The notes: generated by a model not told the origin, from the sequence alone. 58,260 bases of DNA from a bacterium (GCA_040757115.1 JBFLYA010000003.1:1-58260), one strand, 5' to 3'. Numbered from the stretch's first letter, positions 16,873 to 28,162 are shown. Program-made: numbers and translations.

Positions 16873-19800
16873 TTATTCCCAGAATCTACCTGTTAGTCTT
16901 AGGTAAAATCCGCTGGCTGAATAACTATCATCAAGTATCTCACCATCTTTGTATTCGATGAGGTTATATCCTAAGACAAATTTAAAGTGGCTGTTAAATC
17001 CAAAACCTAACTCTAAGATAGGATTTAGCTTATAGTCATTGGTCAAATGTTGATGTAGAATTCTATACCCGCCGGTTATATCCAACCTTTCGTTAATATT
17101 ATAAGTTAATCTACCCATTATAAGGTCAATATGAGAAATAATATCCTCTACCTCTATCCTCCTCATCGCATACTTTCCCAAAAGGCTCCATTTATTAGTT
17201 GGAACATAGATAGATTCTAAGGAAGCAATAGCACTTTTATTACTAAACTCATATTTACTCAATAAATTGAATTTATTAGTCTGAGGAGGTCTGTAGGCTA
17301 ATGCAAGTAACAGCTTTGATTCGCAAGAATCAGTTTCTGTCCCGCTATCCTCTTTTTTACTCTTCTCATAGGTATATTTCAAGTAGGTTGTTAATCCGTT
17401 AAGGAATTTCTGTTTTAAGTCTGCAATTAGTAATGCGGTGGAATCATTAACATTTCCCTCTCTGGAGTAAGAATATTTTAGAGAAGAGGTTAAGTCATTA
17501 TTAATTTTTTGGTTAAGTTCAACTTCTCCTGAAATAGTCTCCTCTTTATCCAATTCTTTCCTAATTTCGTTTTTAGCTGACAATTTTGTTTTATCAGTTG
17601 GTGTAAAGTTCACCCCAAATGAATTAGTGGTGGAATCAGTTATCTTCCCTGCACCAATCTCTTTTTCTGCATTATTTGCCGCGGAAATGACTATCTTTGG
17701 ATGTGGTGAATAATCTATTCCAATAGTAGTAGCTATGGATTTGGTCTTCGTCCCTTCGATGTAGTCAGCCTTCCAACCAAGTGCACAGGAGGTATTTAGC
17801 GATACCAATTCAAATAGCTTAGTTATTGCTCCTATGGTAAGGTGATGTTCTCTAAGAAGATGTTTGCCATGTGCCATTTTATTAGTTAAATCATATTGGA
17901 TAGAAGGTGATACCATATCATATTCTGATGTTAATTTGAGGCTAATGTCATGAGTTATCGTATCTAAATCACGATTAATAAAATTATCAGAATCTGTAAG
18001 GCTGTATTTTAATCCAAAATCATGCCTACCTATTGAACCTCTATCTCCTAAAGTAAACATCTGTTTACGGCTCTTGTGAATTTGGTTACTCACCTTATTT
18101 TCTTCTTGAAAATTTGCAAAGAATGTAGAATTATCAAGCTCCTGTTTAAACCCCAGTCCAAATATATCAGTTTTTGTCTTATTTTTCTTGGGCTCATTAG
18201 TAGTTATCTTCTTTTGAACATATAAGGCTTTATCAGTCATTAGCTTGTAATCAACTCGTGAGCCGTATTCTCGGATATCCTTTTGAGTAGTAAGATTAGT
18301 GATGTCATAAAACTCTGGTCCATACTGGTTAAAATCGTCTCTTTCTTTATCAGCAGTAGCCTCAATTTTATTAGAGAAGTTAGCTCCAATTTGATGATAA
18401 AAGGTCTTAACCTTGCATCTATCGTTTGAGTGAGAAGATAAGGTTTCTATAAAAGAGGCAGAGTTGTTAACTTTTGGATTTAATAGTTCTAAGTCTCCAT
18501 CGGTCTGGGCATATTCACCCTTAATAGTAAATTCTTTGCAGGGATTAAAAGAACTATCTAACCCATAAAGGTGGTAGTCAGTTGGAGACTGTTCCTCTTT
18601 GATATAAGTTGTACCTACTTCTAAGCTCTTATGTGGTTTTGTTACTCCACGAAACCCATAAATGGCATGTTTGTAATCTGCACCTATGGGAATATATTCA
18701 TAAATCACTACAATATAATATCTGATTCCTCCACTTTCGATTAAAGGGACAGGCTCTTCAAATATCAACCTTCCTGTATCATAATCCAGGGAATAGTCCT
18801 TATCTTTTTCTTTCTCTATAGTGGCAAAAACTTGTAAGTTTTTCTCATCCCGGGTTTGGATTTTAATCTTTTCACTTCCATCCACAATTGGGCAATGTGT
18901 AAGATAGTAAGGGCCACAAATTCCCCTCCCAGGTATATCATCCCGAGCACTAACTTGTCTTGTAGAGGCACCAAATACAGTAATCCTGGAATTGGCGATA
19001 TGTTTTTCTATCTTTGCTCCGGTAAGACTTCTATGATATGTTGATAATTTATTTTCTCCTAATGCGGTTGAATAATCGCCATAAAGAAGCTCTAAATCCT
19101 TAGATTGTAATTTTAGAAAGATAGGGTCAGAAGATGGAGTGTTATTAACGACTTTACTATCATCACCATAGATTGGATAGTAATCATCTGGATTAGCCGG
19201 AGAGGATAATTTATCCTTGCGAGTTTTCTTAGTATCAAGTGAAGTAGTAAGTTGATATTTATCTTTTAACTTAGTTTTTAAGTAAAAGGCTAAGCATCCT
19301 TTATATCTTGCACTATTTCCATACTTTTTACGAAATGCCTTTATATTTCCAGTGACCGTATCTTCTTCCATTTCAAGCTCTGCTAATCCAATAAAAACAG
19401 GCTTATCTGTGTAAGTAGCAGAGTATCTTTTATCCGCTGCCCTTAAGATACCAAAGTCTAACTTTGCCATTCCATGAGGAGAAAGATCAATAAATTGTGG
19501 CTTAGTAGTACTTAAAGAATACTCATCAGATAAGGTATTTATGTCAATCATTAGCAGGTGACGACCTGGTTTAACCGCTGGAATTGAGTATCTACCTTCA
19601 TCATCAGTAATTACACTCATCCCATTTTCCATAAGGATGCTTACATTACCAATTCCCGCCTCTCTATCTTGCTGTATCCCATCACCATTAGTATCCTCAT
19701 ATACCTTGCCAATTATAATCCCATGCTCTCTAAATACTCCATCTTTAATCCTGACTATTGCAAATACATTAGTTACTACTTTCTCCCCTTTTTCAGCAGT

Positions 19801-20252
19801 GCCCGATACCTCTGCTAAGTTCTTTTGGTCACCAGATTCAGCATCAATCCCAACTAACACCTTGTAAGTTAGTATCTTTTCTTCATTAATTGGGAAATCG
19901 CCAATCTCCCAGGTAAAAGGATTTTTACCTATCGGGTCTTTAAAGCAGTCAGAATTTAACCTACTTGTCCCTTTGATATACTTAAAATTATATGGGAATT
20001 TATCTACTATTTTAACCTGATTTATCTTCCCATAGCCAATATTCTTAACCTTGATGGTATAAGTTATTATATCACCAATCTGAGCGGTTTTATCACTTGC
20101 CGTTTTAATAACCAATAAAGAGGTATTGTGGTCAAGATAGATATCCTTTGTAAGTGTCTGTCCTGAAATCAAATGGAAGGTAGTAGAGGTCTTTGGATAA
20201 TAATAGTCTGCCCTAACTGTAAGATAGTAATATCCTGCGGCTAAATTACTAA
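16873..20252 (-). pseudogene. 5'-truncated duplicate of the large surface/outer-membrane protein gene at 36959-41254
   Basis: Colinear with 36959-40338 at constant offset 20086; homology stops at 20252; lacks the signal peptide and about the first 305 codons; frame otherwise open. Confidence 0.88.
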
Positions 20253-20259
20253 CCTGGGT

Positions 20260-20644
20260 GAGAGCGTTGCAAATGTCTTTTAGTTATGGTGCGGGTTTGG
20301 GGTGAGTTTTGAGTGATAAAAGATGCCAAAGCGATAAAAAAGAGATAATTTGCTTAGTTGACATCAAAAAGAGGAGGTGTTATATAGTTGTAAGTTCAAA
20401 AAAGAGAAAGCTTTTGTGTTTTCTGGTAATGTATCTATTTTTGCAACAACCAGGTAGCGGAAAGGCTCCACTGGAAGTAATTATGCCCCAGGTTAAAGAT
20501 ATGCCCTTTTATCGACTGGTTAATGACCCTCTGGGTTGTCTTTTGGGACTCCAAAATGTCAAGAGAAACAAAAAGATGGCAAGAAATGAGGTAAAGCAAT
20601 GCCTGGGACCATAGATATAGCCTTAAGTCCTACGCAACGCTCTC
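20260..20644. mobile_element. 385-bp element with perfect 11-bp terminal inverted repeats
   Basis: GAGAGCGTTGC (20260-20270) / GCAACGCTCTC (20634-20644); no target duplication; sits at the rearrangement junction. Confidence 0.6.
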
Positions 20645-20660
20645 TTTGGATTTTTTTCAA

Positions 20661-20776
20661 AAGAGCCGAATTTTTTGTTGACAAAGGATAAAATTTGTGG
20701 TAAAATATCTTCACAATGGGCACAAATGGATATAATACCCAAAACACTCAAAAAGCAATTTCCTATCAGTAAATGA
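20661..20776 (+). promoter_or_regulatory. Inverted copy of the E1 promoter and first codons
   Basis: Reverse complement of ~16140-16253 with few differences; TTGACA 20678-20683, TAAAAT 20701-20706; mini-ORF MDIIPKTLKKQFPISK* at 20726-20776. Confidence 0.92.
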
Positions 20777-20805
20777 GTAGTAAATTATTGTTCTGGAGAT
20801 AATTA

Positions 20806-22014
20806 ATGAATCAAGAAACGATTTTTATACAGTTTTTACATGATAAAGCACGTAATAGCATTATTTTAAATAATGGATTTTCGAATGTTTATAATGAATG
20901 TAAAAATGCGGGAGATTTTTTTTGGAGTAAACATTACTCTGAAATTTCAGCAATGGAAAAGAATTGTTTACCGATTAAGAATGGTAAAGCATATATTAGC
21001 GCCTTTTATTATGATCATTTAATGCAGTCCTATATATGGGCCAGACAATATCCTGATATTCGGTTTATAGCAGGAGGACCGGCAGTTCGGTATGCTAATT
21101 TTACCAGTCAAAATTTACCTTACAATTTAACCTTATCAAAAGGATTAGCAGAAAAAGTGATTTTTTTAAAGGACAAACCGAACAAAACTTGGGATATAGA
21201 TATACCGGTAAATTTAATCAAAGGGAAGAATATCATTCGTTTTGCATATAATATTGATCGTCGTTGCTATTGGGGAAAATGTATTTTTTGCGATGGATAT
21301 AACAAAGATTGGGAATCGCCTTTAAATAATAATATCGATAATCTCAAAATTCCTAAATTAAACGGAAATATTAATAAAATCGTCCGTCTTAACATACCAT
21401 CAATTACACCAAAATTTTTAAAAAATGAAGTTCCAAAATTACCCCGGCGTAATGATGTGATCTTTGATTTTTTTATCCGTGCAGGAAAGGAGATTTTACC
21501 GGTGATTACTCAAGTGCTTGAAGATTGCGCTAATGGCATCGGTCCTGCACCGGAGCAATTTCGCTTTGTGATCGGTGTAGAATTCCCTTCCGATAGAATG
21601 CTGCAATACATGGGGAAAGGAACTTCCAGGGCACTCTTATTGAAATTACTTTCTTTAGCAGAGCGATATAAGATTTCAGTTGGTATTCCATTCATTTTTG
21701 GTTGGAATAATCTAACTCTCAAAGATGTCCAAGAAGCAGTTGACTTTATAAAAAAAGTTGAACAAATGGAAGCTCTGGAAACCTTTAGTACAGGTTTTAC
21801 TTTAGAAATTCATCCTAATTCACCGGTTTTTAAACAATTTAAAACAAGCGAACTGATTCCGATCAGGCGTAAGATATTTAATAATGGGGAATGTAGAATC
21901 AAGCTCAACAAAGAGCAACAAGAACTGAATGAGGCGGTCAGAAGTTTTTATTTACATAGTAAAATCAATTCGTATTTATATGATAGCGAAATTGGTAATA
22001 TCAATTATGAATAA
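20806..22014 (+). CDS. Radical SAM protein, probably cobalamin-dependent class
   Basis: RFIAGGP (B12-domain-like), CYWGKCIFC, GVEFPSDRMLQYMGKG, FIFG. Confidence 0.75.
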   Translation: MNQETIFIQFLHDKARNSIILNNGFSNVYNECKNAGDFFWSKHYSEISAMEKNCLPIKNGKAYISAFYYDHLMQSYIWARQYPDIRFIAGGPAVRYANFTSQNLPYNLTLSKGLAEKVIFLKDKPNKTWDIDIPVNLIKGKNIIRFAYNIDRRCYWGKCIFCDGYNKDWESPLNNNIDNLKIPKLNGNINKIVRLNIPSITPKFLKNEVPKLPRRNDVIFDFFIRAGKEILPVITQVLEDCANGIGPAPEQFRFVIGVEFPSDRMLQYMGKGTSRALLLKLLSLAERYKISVGIPFIFGWNNLTLKDVQEAVDFIKKVEQMEALETFSTGFTLEIHPNSPVFKQFKTSELIPIRRKIFNNGECRIKLNKEQQELNEAVRSFYLHSKINSYLYDSEIGNINYE

Positions 22015-22050
22015 TTTTATATATTTGATTTTTTTATATAAGGAGAATCC

Positions 22051-22547
22051 ATGCATACCGGCAGAATAATAAAACTCGGTGATGATATAGACACCGATAT
22101 TATTATTTCAGGGAAGTATATGGTTTTTAAAACCGTCGACGAAATGGCCAAATATGCATTTTCGATATTCCGACCAGAAATTCCTTCTATAATTAAACCT
22201 GGTGATATTTTTATATGTGGTAAAATTTCGGGTGTGGGTCATCACGTGAACAAGATTCTGAGATTTTTCATTCATTAGGAGTATATTGTATTATTGCTAA
22301 ATCCTTTTCCCGTTTATTTTATCGGAATTCGATAAATAATGGATTATTAGTGATTGAAAATTTAGAGTTATATGCTGAAGTTAATGTGGGTGAAAAATTA
22401 ATAATTGATTTGCCAAACTGTAAAATAATTACGGAAACGCTAAAAGAATTTCAATTTGTAAAAATCCCTGAAAAAATATTGCAAATGATACAAAATGGTG
22501 GTCTGGTGAATTTTTATAAGAGATACAATCAGGCAGGCATTCATTAG
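22051..22547 (+). pseudogene. LeuD/HacB-like small subunit, -1 frameshift
   Basis: GDDIDTDII...; adding one A at 22222-22225 restores GKNFGCGSSREQ...AKSFSRLFYRNSINNG...GGLV. Confidence 0.85.
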
Positions 22548-22636
22548 ATTCTTCTTACTAAAAAATTTCGACCTGTGAAAGAGGAATATTTTGATCGTGG
22601 TTAGTATAAGAAGGGGGATAAGGGGATAAAGGGGAT

Positions 22637-23312
22637 ATGGAGATATCAAAAGAATATCAAGAAAATTTACTTAATGAGATAATAATTCAATGTATTATTA
22701 AGGTACACCAGACACTGGGTCCAGGTTTTCTGGAAAGTATTTACCGCAGGGCAATGGTAATTGAACTTATAAAACAGGGATTGAGAGTTGAGACAGAGAA
22801 AGAAATACTAATCTACTACGAAGGAGAAGAAATTGGGAAACACAATTTAAAACTTATAGGAATTGATATTTCGGATGAAGCTATTCATATTGCCCGAACT
22901 TCCTATCCGCATATTGAATTTTTAGCAGGAAATATTCTGGAGTTACCGTTTGGACAAAATTACTTTGATATTGTTTTTGGCAATTTTATTTTGCATTTAT
23001 TTTCATATGAATTAAGACATAAAATGCTTGAAGAATGCCATCGTGTTTTAAAACAGGATGGTATTGCAATATTAAGTGTAGCTTCGGTACATGATCCGGA
23101 TTACGGTATTGGCAGAGAGGTTGAAAAAAAATTACTTCGTTAATTCACGAGGAGTTACCAAGTTTTATTATTCAAAAGCAGCAGTATATGATGAATTTAA
23201 ACTGTTTAAATTGATTGATATTATGGATATTGAAGAGCATCATGAACATGATTTCCCTCATTCGCATAAAAGCTTTTTAATAATTGCTCAAAGAGAAGGT
23301 GTTAAAATATGA
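22637..23312 (+). pseudogene. Chimera: GxxExxY protein N-terminus fused to the C-terminal part of a class I methyltransferase (further frameshift in A-run at ~23124-23131)
   Basis: VHQTLGPGFLESIY...IGKH, then IGIDIS...LPF...FDIV...HRVLKQDG; the tail resembles the methyltransferase at 27477. Confidence 0.8.
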
Positions 23313-23454
23313 CAATAACGATGAAATTCTCACAAAATTAAAGCCCCTGAACGAGTAGACAAAAAAACCACTATCATGTATTGTTTTTGATGAAGAAAAA
23401 CGATTTAATCTCTCCAATAAAGAAGAAAAAAGAATCTTTTAGGTGAAGAGAAAT

Positions 23455-23675
23455 TAAATGCGTTGGCTGAGAACTTGGGAATAACCCAGTCGGCCGTGTT
23501 TCAACACTTAAGGGTTTTGGAAGCATCTGGGTTTGTAAAAGATGAGCGAAAGGGTTACTGGATTTATTACACCTTAAATCGTAAAGTATTAGAAAAGTGC
23601 CGACAGAGATTGAATAGAATATGTACCTGTGGTTGTTTAAACCCATTCTATTTTATCCGTGTCAATCTGTGTTAA
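23455..23675 (+). pseudogene. ArsR/SmtB-family regulator, N-terminally truncated
   Basis: NALAENLGITQSAVFQHLRVLEASGFVKDERKGYWIYYTL...CTCGC; first helices missing. Confidence 0.75.
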
Positions 23676-23690
23676 TCAGTGGCTGAACAG

Positions 23691-23759
23691 TTACTTTGAT
23701 GTCCTATGTATTCCCATGATGGCATCAATAATCTTTTCTGTGATGTGATTTATTTCCAT
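23691..23759 (-). pseudogene. GxxExxY protein N-terminal fragment
   Basis: MEINHITEKIIDAIMGIHRTSK*, lying between two CTGAACAGTTAC repeat ends. Confidence 0.6.
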
Positions 23760-23821
23760 GTCTTCTCTGTTCCTCTGCGTCTCTGCGGTGAATTACTATC
23801 TGAACAGTTACAAAAAAATCC

Positions 23822-23850
23822 TTGACTTTTACGAATAGTTATGCTAATCT
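23822..23850 (+). promoter_or_regulatory. Putative sigma-70 promoter
   Basis: TTGACT-17 bp-TAATCT with extended TG, upstream of ATG 23883. Confidence 0.55.
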
Positions 23851-23882
23851 TATTTAAACATTACATAAGGGAAAAAATAAGT

Positions 23883-25127
23883 ATGGGACTGACAATTGTA
23901 GAAAAAATTATTGCTAAAGCAGTTCATAAAGAAAGAGTAACTCCTGGAGAGATTGTTTCTGTGATTCCTGATCTTATTATGAGTAATGATGCTACAGCTC
24001 ATATTACCATTGATATCTTTAAGAAAAGAATGAATGGAGAAAAAGTAAAAGAGTCTTCAAAGGTTATTTTTGTAATTGACCATAATGTTCCTTCTAATTC
24101 TATTGATACTGCTATGGTTCATAAAAAGATGAGAGACTTTGCCAAAGAACAAGATATACTTATATACGATGGAGAAGGAATTTGTCATCAGCTACTTATT
24201 GAAAATCATATATTACCTAATCAATTTATTGTAGCTGCTGATTCCCACACTTGTAGTTATGGGGCATTAGGCGCCTTTGGAACAGGAATTGGTTCTACTG
24301 ATAACGCAGCAGTATGGAAGAGTGGGGATATTTGGATTAAGGTTCCCTCAACAATCAAGTTTGAGATTAACGGTCCATTACCAAACGGCGTTTATGCAAA
24401 AGATGTTATATTAAAAATAATATCAGATATAGGTGTAGATGGAGCTACCTATAAATGTATGGAATTTGGTGGCTCTACGATAGAAAACTTATCTGTAGAT
24501 TCAAGAATTACCTTATGTAATATGGCGGTAGAAGCAGGGGCTAAGACTGGTATTATAGCTGGCGATCAAAGGGTGCTGTCTTATCTCAATGATAGAGGGA
24601 TAGGTAAATTAGAGATGTTCAAAAGTGACCATGATGCAGAATATGACAAAGTTTATCAATATAATGGTGGAGATTTTGAACCGGTAGTAGCATGTCCGCA
24701 TAATGTAGGAAATGTCCGCCCCTTACGAGAAATTGAGGGGTTAAAGATAGATGAAGCTTTTATTGGTTCCTGTACCAATGGGCGGTTGGAGGATCTTATA
24801 ATAGCTGGAAGAATATTAGAAGGGACTAAAATCAATTCAGGGGTAAGACTAATAGTTTCGTCTGCTTCTAATAAAGTTTTTAAGCAAGCACTTAACGAAG
24901 GGTTAATAGAGACATTTATGAAGAGTGGAGCAATAGTGATGAATCCAAATTGCTCTGCTTGTTGGGGAGCCTGTCAGGGAGTATTAGCAGATGGACAGAG
25001 GCTGATTACAAGTGGCAATCGTAACTTTAAAGGAAGGGTTGGTAGTCCCAACTCTGAAATTTACTTGGCATCTCCAGCTACTGTAGCCATATCAGCAATA
25101 AATGGCAAAATCAGCCAATATGTTTAA
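23883..25127 (+). CDS. Aconitase-family dehydratase large subunit (LeuC/HacA/DmdA-like) 1
   Basis: TIVEKI, VIDH, GICHQ, DSHT, CNMAVEAG, IGSCTNGR, CSAC, NRNFKGR, YLASP. Confidence 0.93.
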   Translation: MGLTIVEKIIAKAVHKERVTPGEIVSVIPDLIMSNDATAHITIDIFKKRMNGEKVKESSKVIFVIDHNVPSNSIDTAMVHKKMRDFAKEQDILIYDGEGICHQLLIENHILPNQFIVAADSHTCSYGALGAFGTGIGSTDNAAVWKSGDIWIKVPSTIKFEINGPLPNGVYAKDVILKIISDIGVDGATYKCMEFGGSTIENLSVDSRITLCNMAVEAGAKTGIIAGDQRVLSYLNDRGIGKLEMFKSDHDAEYDKVYQYNGGDFEPVVACPHNVGNVRPLREIEGLKIDEAFIGSCTNGRLEDLIIAGRILEGTKINSGVRLIVSSASNKVFKQALNEGLIETFMKSGAIVMNPNCSACWGACQGVLADGQRLITSGNRNFKGRVGSPNSEIYLASPATVAISAINGKISQYV

Positions 25128-25142
25128 GGAGGTAGAGTAGAC

Positions 25143-25637
25143 ATGGAAAAAATTGAAGGAAGATGTTGGGTTTTCGGAGATAATATAGATACAGATGTTA
25201 TCTTTCCCACGCAATATCTCTCATTGCCAGATATTCAGAAGGCGTGTAAATATGCCTTTGAACCTATTAGACCCGAATTTTCAAAGGAAGTGAGAGAAGG
25301 AAATATTATTGTGGCCGGGAAAAATTTTGGATGTGGCTCTTCCAGAGAACAAGCTCCTGCTGTTTTGAAAGAATCAGGGATTAAAGTAATAATAGCAAGG
25401 TCTTTTGCCAGAATATTCTATCGTAATGCCATCAATTTAGGTATACCTGTGATAGAATGTGATACTATTCAGGATGTAATTAAAGAAGGGGATACATTAG
25501 AGGTTAACATTACTGATGGAGAAATAGTTCATAAAAAGACAGGTATTCTATTTAAGGCTACAAAGATTCCATCTTTTATGATAGAGATATTTAACTGTGG
25601 GGGATTGGTAGAATATATGAAACAGAGAAATAAATAA
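25143..25637 (+). CDS. Aconitase-family dehydratase small subunit (LeuD/HacB-like)
   Basis: GDNIDTDVI, NFGCGSSREQA, SFARIFYRNAINLG. Confidence 0.93.
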   Translation: MEKIEGRCWVFGDNIDTDVIFPTQYLSLPDIQKACKYAFEPIRPEFSKEVREGNIIVAGKNFGCGSSREQAPAVLKESGIKVIIARSFARIFYRNAINLGIPVIECDTIQDVIKEGDTLEVNITDGEIVHKKTGILFKATKIPSFMIEIFNCGGLVEYMKQRNK

Positions 25638-25645
25638 ACCCGGAG

Positions 25646-26899
25646 ATGAAGATGAATATAATTCAGAAAATATTGGCTAAAAAAACCCAGTTAGATAAAA
25701 TTGAACCAGGGCAATTGATAAATATGTCTATAGATATGGCGATGGTTCATGATTACTTTGCCCATTTTTGTATAGATAAATTTTATGAAATGGGGTTTTC
25801 ATCAGTCGGGAATCCTAATAAAGTTGTCTTTGTAATGGATCATGAAGTTCCTTCAGCCTCAATTGAAGAATCTGAAAATAATCGAAGGATGTATGAATTT
25901 GCAACAAAACAAGGGATAAAGAGAATACATTTCTCGGATGGTGTATCTCATCAAATTATCCATGAGTTAGGTTATATCTCACCGGGAGATATAGTAGTAG
26001 GTACTGATTCCCATACAACCACATATGGTGCCTTAGGCATATTTTCGACAGGTATTGGATATACAGAAATGGCCGCAGTCTTTGGTACTGGACAACTTTG
26101 GTTTCGGGTTCCTTCCAGCCTCAAATTCATAATTAATGGCACATTATCTAAAGGGGTTTATGCAAAAGATGTTATCTTAAAGATAATAGGAGATATAGGA
26201 GTAGATGGGGCTACCTACAAAACTATGGAATTTTCAGGTTCTACAATAAGAGATTTCTCGGTAAGTTCAAGACTTACATTATGCAACATGGTTGTAGAAG
26301 CAGGGGCTAAAAATGGCATTATTGAAGTAGATGAAAAGACTATCGAGTATCTAAAGGATAAAAGAGAGAAAAGAATTGAAATAGTGAAAAGTGATTCTGA
26401 TGTAGATTATGAAAGAATTTATCAATATAATGCTGAGGAGTTTGAACCGGTAGTAGCCTGTCCGCATAGTGTAGATAATGTAAAATCTGTAAAAAAAGTT
26501 GAAGGATTAAAAATAGATGCAGCATTTATTGGTTCCTGCACAAATGGTCGCCTGGAAGATTTAAGGATAGCTGCAAATATATTAAAAGGGAATAAAGTTT
26601 CGAAATACACAAGATTAATAGTAACTCCTGCTTCTCGAAGTATTTATCTTGAATCTATAAGAGAAGGTATTATTGATGTGCTATTAGATGCAGGAGCGAT
26701 AATTACTCATCCATCCTGTAGTTTATGTGCTGGTGCAAAATGTGGTGGTATCCTTGGAGATAGAGAACGGGTAATAAGTACCAGTAATAGGAATTTTATA
26801 GCCCGCATGGGAAGTAAAGATTCTGAAGTTTACCTTACTTCTCCAGCCACGGTTGCAATGTCAGCTATAAGTGGAAGAATTACATCACCAAGTACATAG
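25646..26899 (+). CDS. Aconitase-family dehydratase large subunit 2
   Basis: VMDH, DSHT, IGSCTNGR, CSLC, SNRNF, YLTSP. Confidence 0.93.
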   Translation: MKMNIIQKILAKKTQLDKIEPGQLINMSIDMAMVHDYFAHFCIDKFYEMGFSSVGNPNKVVFVMDHEVPSASIEESENNRRMYEFATKQGIKRIHFSDGVSHQIIHELGYISPGDIVVGTDSHTTTYGALGIFSTGIGYTEMAAVFGTGQLWFRVPSSLKFIINGTLSKGVYAKDVILKIIGDIGVDGATYKTMEFSGSTIRDFSVSSRLTLCNMVVEAGAKNGIIEVDEKTIEYLKDKREKRIEIVKSDSDVDYERIYQYNAEEFEPVVACPHSVDNVKSVKKVEGLKIDAAFIGSCTNGRLEDLRIAANILKGNKVSKYTRLIVTPASRSIYLESIREGIIDVLLDAGAIITHPSCSLCAGAKCGGILGDRERVISTSNRNFIARMGSKDSEVYLTSPATVAMSAISGRITSPST

Positions 26900-26960
26900 T
26901 AATTTTTTATCATATCTTTCCTACTCTAAAAAAATCCCTTGACTATTATTTATTGTGATT

Positions 26961-27309
26961 TTATGCTTTGTCGATATATTCGAAAAACTCTTTGATTAGA
27001 TTGAGAATATACTTTAATTCTTTGATATTCTTTTCTTTAAGCAAATAAATAATTTCATGAATCATTAACTCTTTTTCTGGTAATTCGTTTCTCTCCTTAG
27101 TTACTTCCAAAAGATACGCAGGAGTAACCCCTAATGCCTGGCTAACCCTTTGCAAACTATCCAGAGATAGATTTCTTTCTCCCCTTTCTACTGAGCCAAT
27201 ACTTCTCCAATCCAACTCTGCTTTTTCATCCAAGTCCTCTTGAGTAAGTCCTAATTGTGTTCTTAATTGTCTAACTCTGTTCCCCAGAACACGTTTTTAA
27301 TTTTAACAT
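26961..27309 (-). pseudogene. Xre-family HTH regulator with +1 frameshift after codon 5
   Basis: ATG at 27309 with AGGGG RBS; removing one A gives MLKLKRVLGNRVRQLRTQLGLTQEDLDEKAELDWRSIGSVERGERNLSL. Confidence 0.75.
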
Positions 27310-27416
27310 GTTATACCCCTTGATGAAAGTAAAAAACCTTTCCTCATTTTTACTTTGCTAATAATATACAACAAATTATTAAGGATAAATTACAGGAAAT
27401 ATATACAAAAAAATAC

Positions 27417-27445
27417 TTGACAAAATACTGCTTTAACTGTATACT
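27417..27445 (+). promoter_or_regulatory. Sigma-70 promoter
   Basis: TTGACA-17 bp-TATACT, followed by GAGGAG RBS of 27477; divergent from the Xre gene. Confidence 0.75.
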
Positions 27446-27476
27446 TGTAAAAAGTTGATTTTGAGAGGAGAAAAAA

Positions 27477-28136
27477 GTGGATATGCAAGGAAGAGACTAC
27501 TGGAATAAAAGATTTGAGGATGAAGAAAAGATTTGGGGAGAAACACCTTCAATTTCAGCGACTTATGCTGCAAAAATATTTAAAGAGAATGAAGCAAGGA
27601 CAATTCTTGTACCCGGCTGTGGTTATGGAAGAAATAGCCTCTTTTTGGCAAAAGAAGGATTTACCGTTACGGCGTTTGATTTCTCTTCAGTAGCATTAAA
27701 AACTGCAAGAGAAATTGCTACAAATATGCACATAGATAATGTTGAATATTATGAAGGGAATGCTTTAGATGAAAAGGGATATAAAGGAGTTTATGAAGGT
27801 ATCTATGTTTCTAATTTACTACATCTCTTTTTAAAAGATGATAGGGAAATACTGCTGAGAAATCTTGAAAAAGTCCTTTGCAGGAGAGGGATTATATCTC
27901 TAAATGTATTCTCACCTGAGGATAGCTCTTATGGAGAAGGAGAACTTGTAGAGGAAAATACTTATTACTCGAATGATGGACATTTCACCCACTATTTTAC
28001 CCAAGACTCACTTATGAAAGATTTTCTCAATTTCGAACTATTATCATGTGAAAAAATCAGAGAATTTGAAAATCACGGAGAAAAAAAAGAACATTCCCAT
28101 AATTTTTTATTTGCTGCATTTAGAAAATTAAACTAA
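27477..28136 (+). CDS. Class I SAM-dependent methyltransferase
   Basis: YWNKRF, ILVPGCGYGRN, VTAFDFS. Confidence 0.88.
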   Translation: MDMQGRDYWNKRFEDEEKIWGETPSISATYAAKIFKENEARTILVPGCGYGRNSLFLAKEGFTVTAFDFSSVALKTAREIATNMHIDNVEYYEGNALDEKGYKGVYEGIYVSNLLHLFLKDDREILLRNLEKVLCRRGIISLNVFSPEDSSYGEGELVEENTYYSNDGHFTHYFTQDSLMKDFLNFELLSCEKIREFENHGEKKEHSHNFLFAAFRKLN

Positions 28137-28162
28137 CATATAAAAAGAGGAGGTAGTTTAAA

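Noticed and set aside
16873-17920. Diversity-generating retroelement template/variable repeat pair
   Set aside because: No reverse transcriptase; differences are not confined to adenines, include many synonymous changes, and the repeat is kilobases long.
23883-26899. Housekeeping leuCD
   Set aside because: Two large subunits with non-canonical substrate motifs, no leuA/leuB, island context; gene symbols withheld.
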